Positions 27,472 through 27,473 of a DNA stretch of 27,473 nucleotides are shown piece after piece (position 1 is the first letter of the stretch; the number at the start of each line of letters is the position of its first letter). Position numbers and translations under genes: made by a program. Where the stretch lies: NCBI GenBank assembly GCA_046757025.1, contig JBHHXN010000059.1, forward strand, positions 1-27,473, read 5' to 3'. The notes below the pieces were generated by a model, which was given only the letters and a program-made list of their open reading frames with translations, did not search any database and was not told the DNA's origin. This DNA is from a bacterium (GTDB lineage: Bacteria > Zhuqueibacterota > Zhuqueibacteria > Oceanimicrobiales > Oceanimicrobiaceae).

Positions 27472-27473
27472 AT

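Noticed and set aside
26867..27473. CRISPR-like repeat-spacer array
   Set aside because: The repeats are tRNA-derived, spacing is irregular and includes a gene, and no cas genes are present.

Overview
Bacterial window, mostly housekeeping and metabolic genes. Left end: the 3' end of an IS630-family transposase inserted at a CTAG site in menC, which also carries an internal deletion, followed by the rest of a classical menaquinone operon (menF-menD-menB-menA, minus strand) with a GbsR/MarR-type regulator upstream. Next come a small eRF1-domain-2-like gene, a ~180-bp MITE-like element containing three hairpins, and an RND efflux operon (adaptor plus two permeases, one with a ~210-aa hydrophobic insertion). 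Then a Nudix hydrolase, mutM, a DinF-type MATE and lnt. A four-gene operon joins a plant-type glucuronokinase, a GalU-family uridylyltransferase, uxaE and uxaC, a candidate bacterial uronate-to-UDP-glucuronate salvage route. The right end holds tRNA-Asn(GTT) flanked by two tRNA-derived copies in which the same 10 nt (tRNA positions 38-47) are replaced by a TCCCGA-N4-TCGGGA hairpin with different loops; a small GIY-YIG nuclease gene lies between the tRNA and one copy. The tRNA/GIY-YIG module and the glucuronokinase operon are the best candidates for undescribed systems. Family assignments rest on motif recognition only; no database searches were run.
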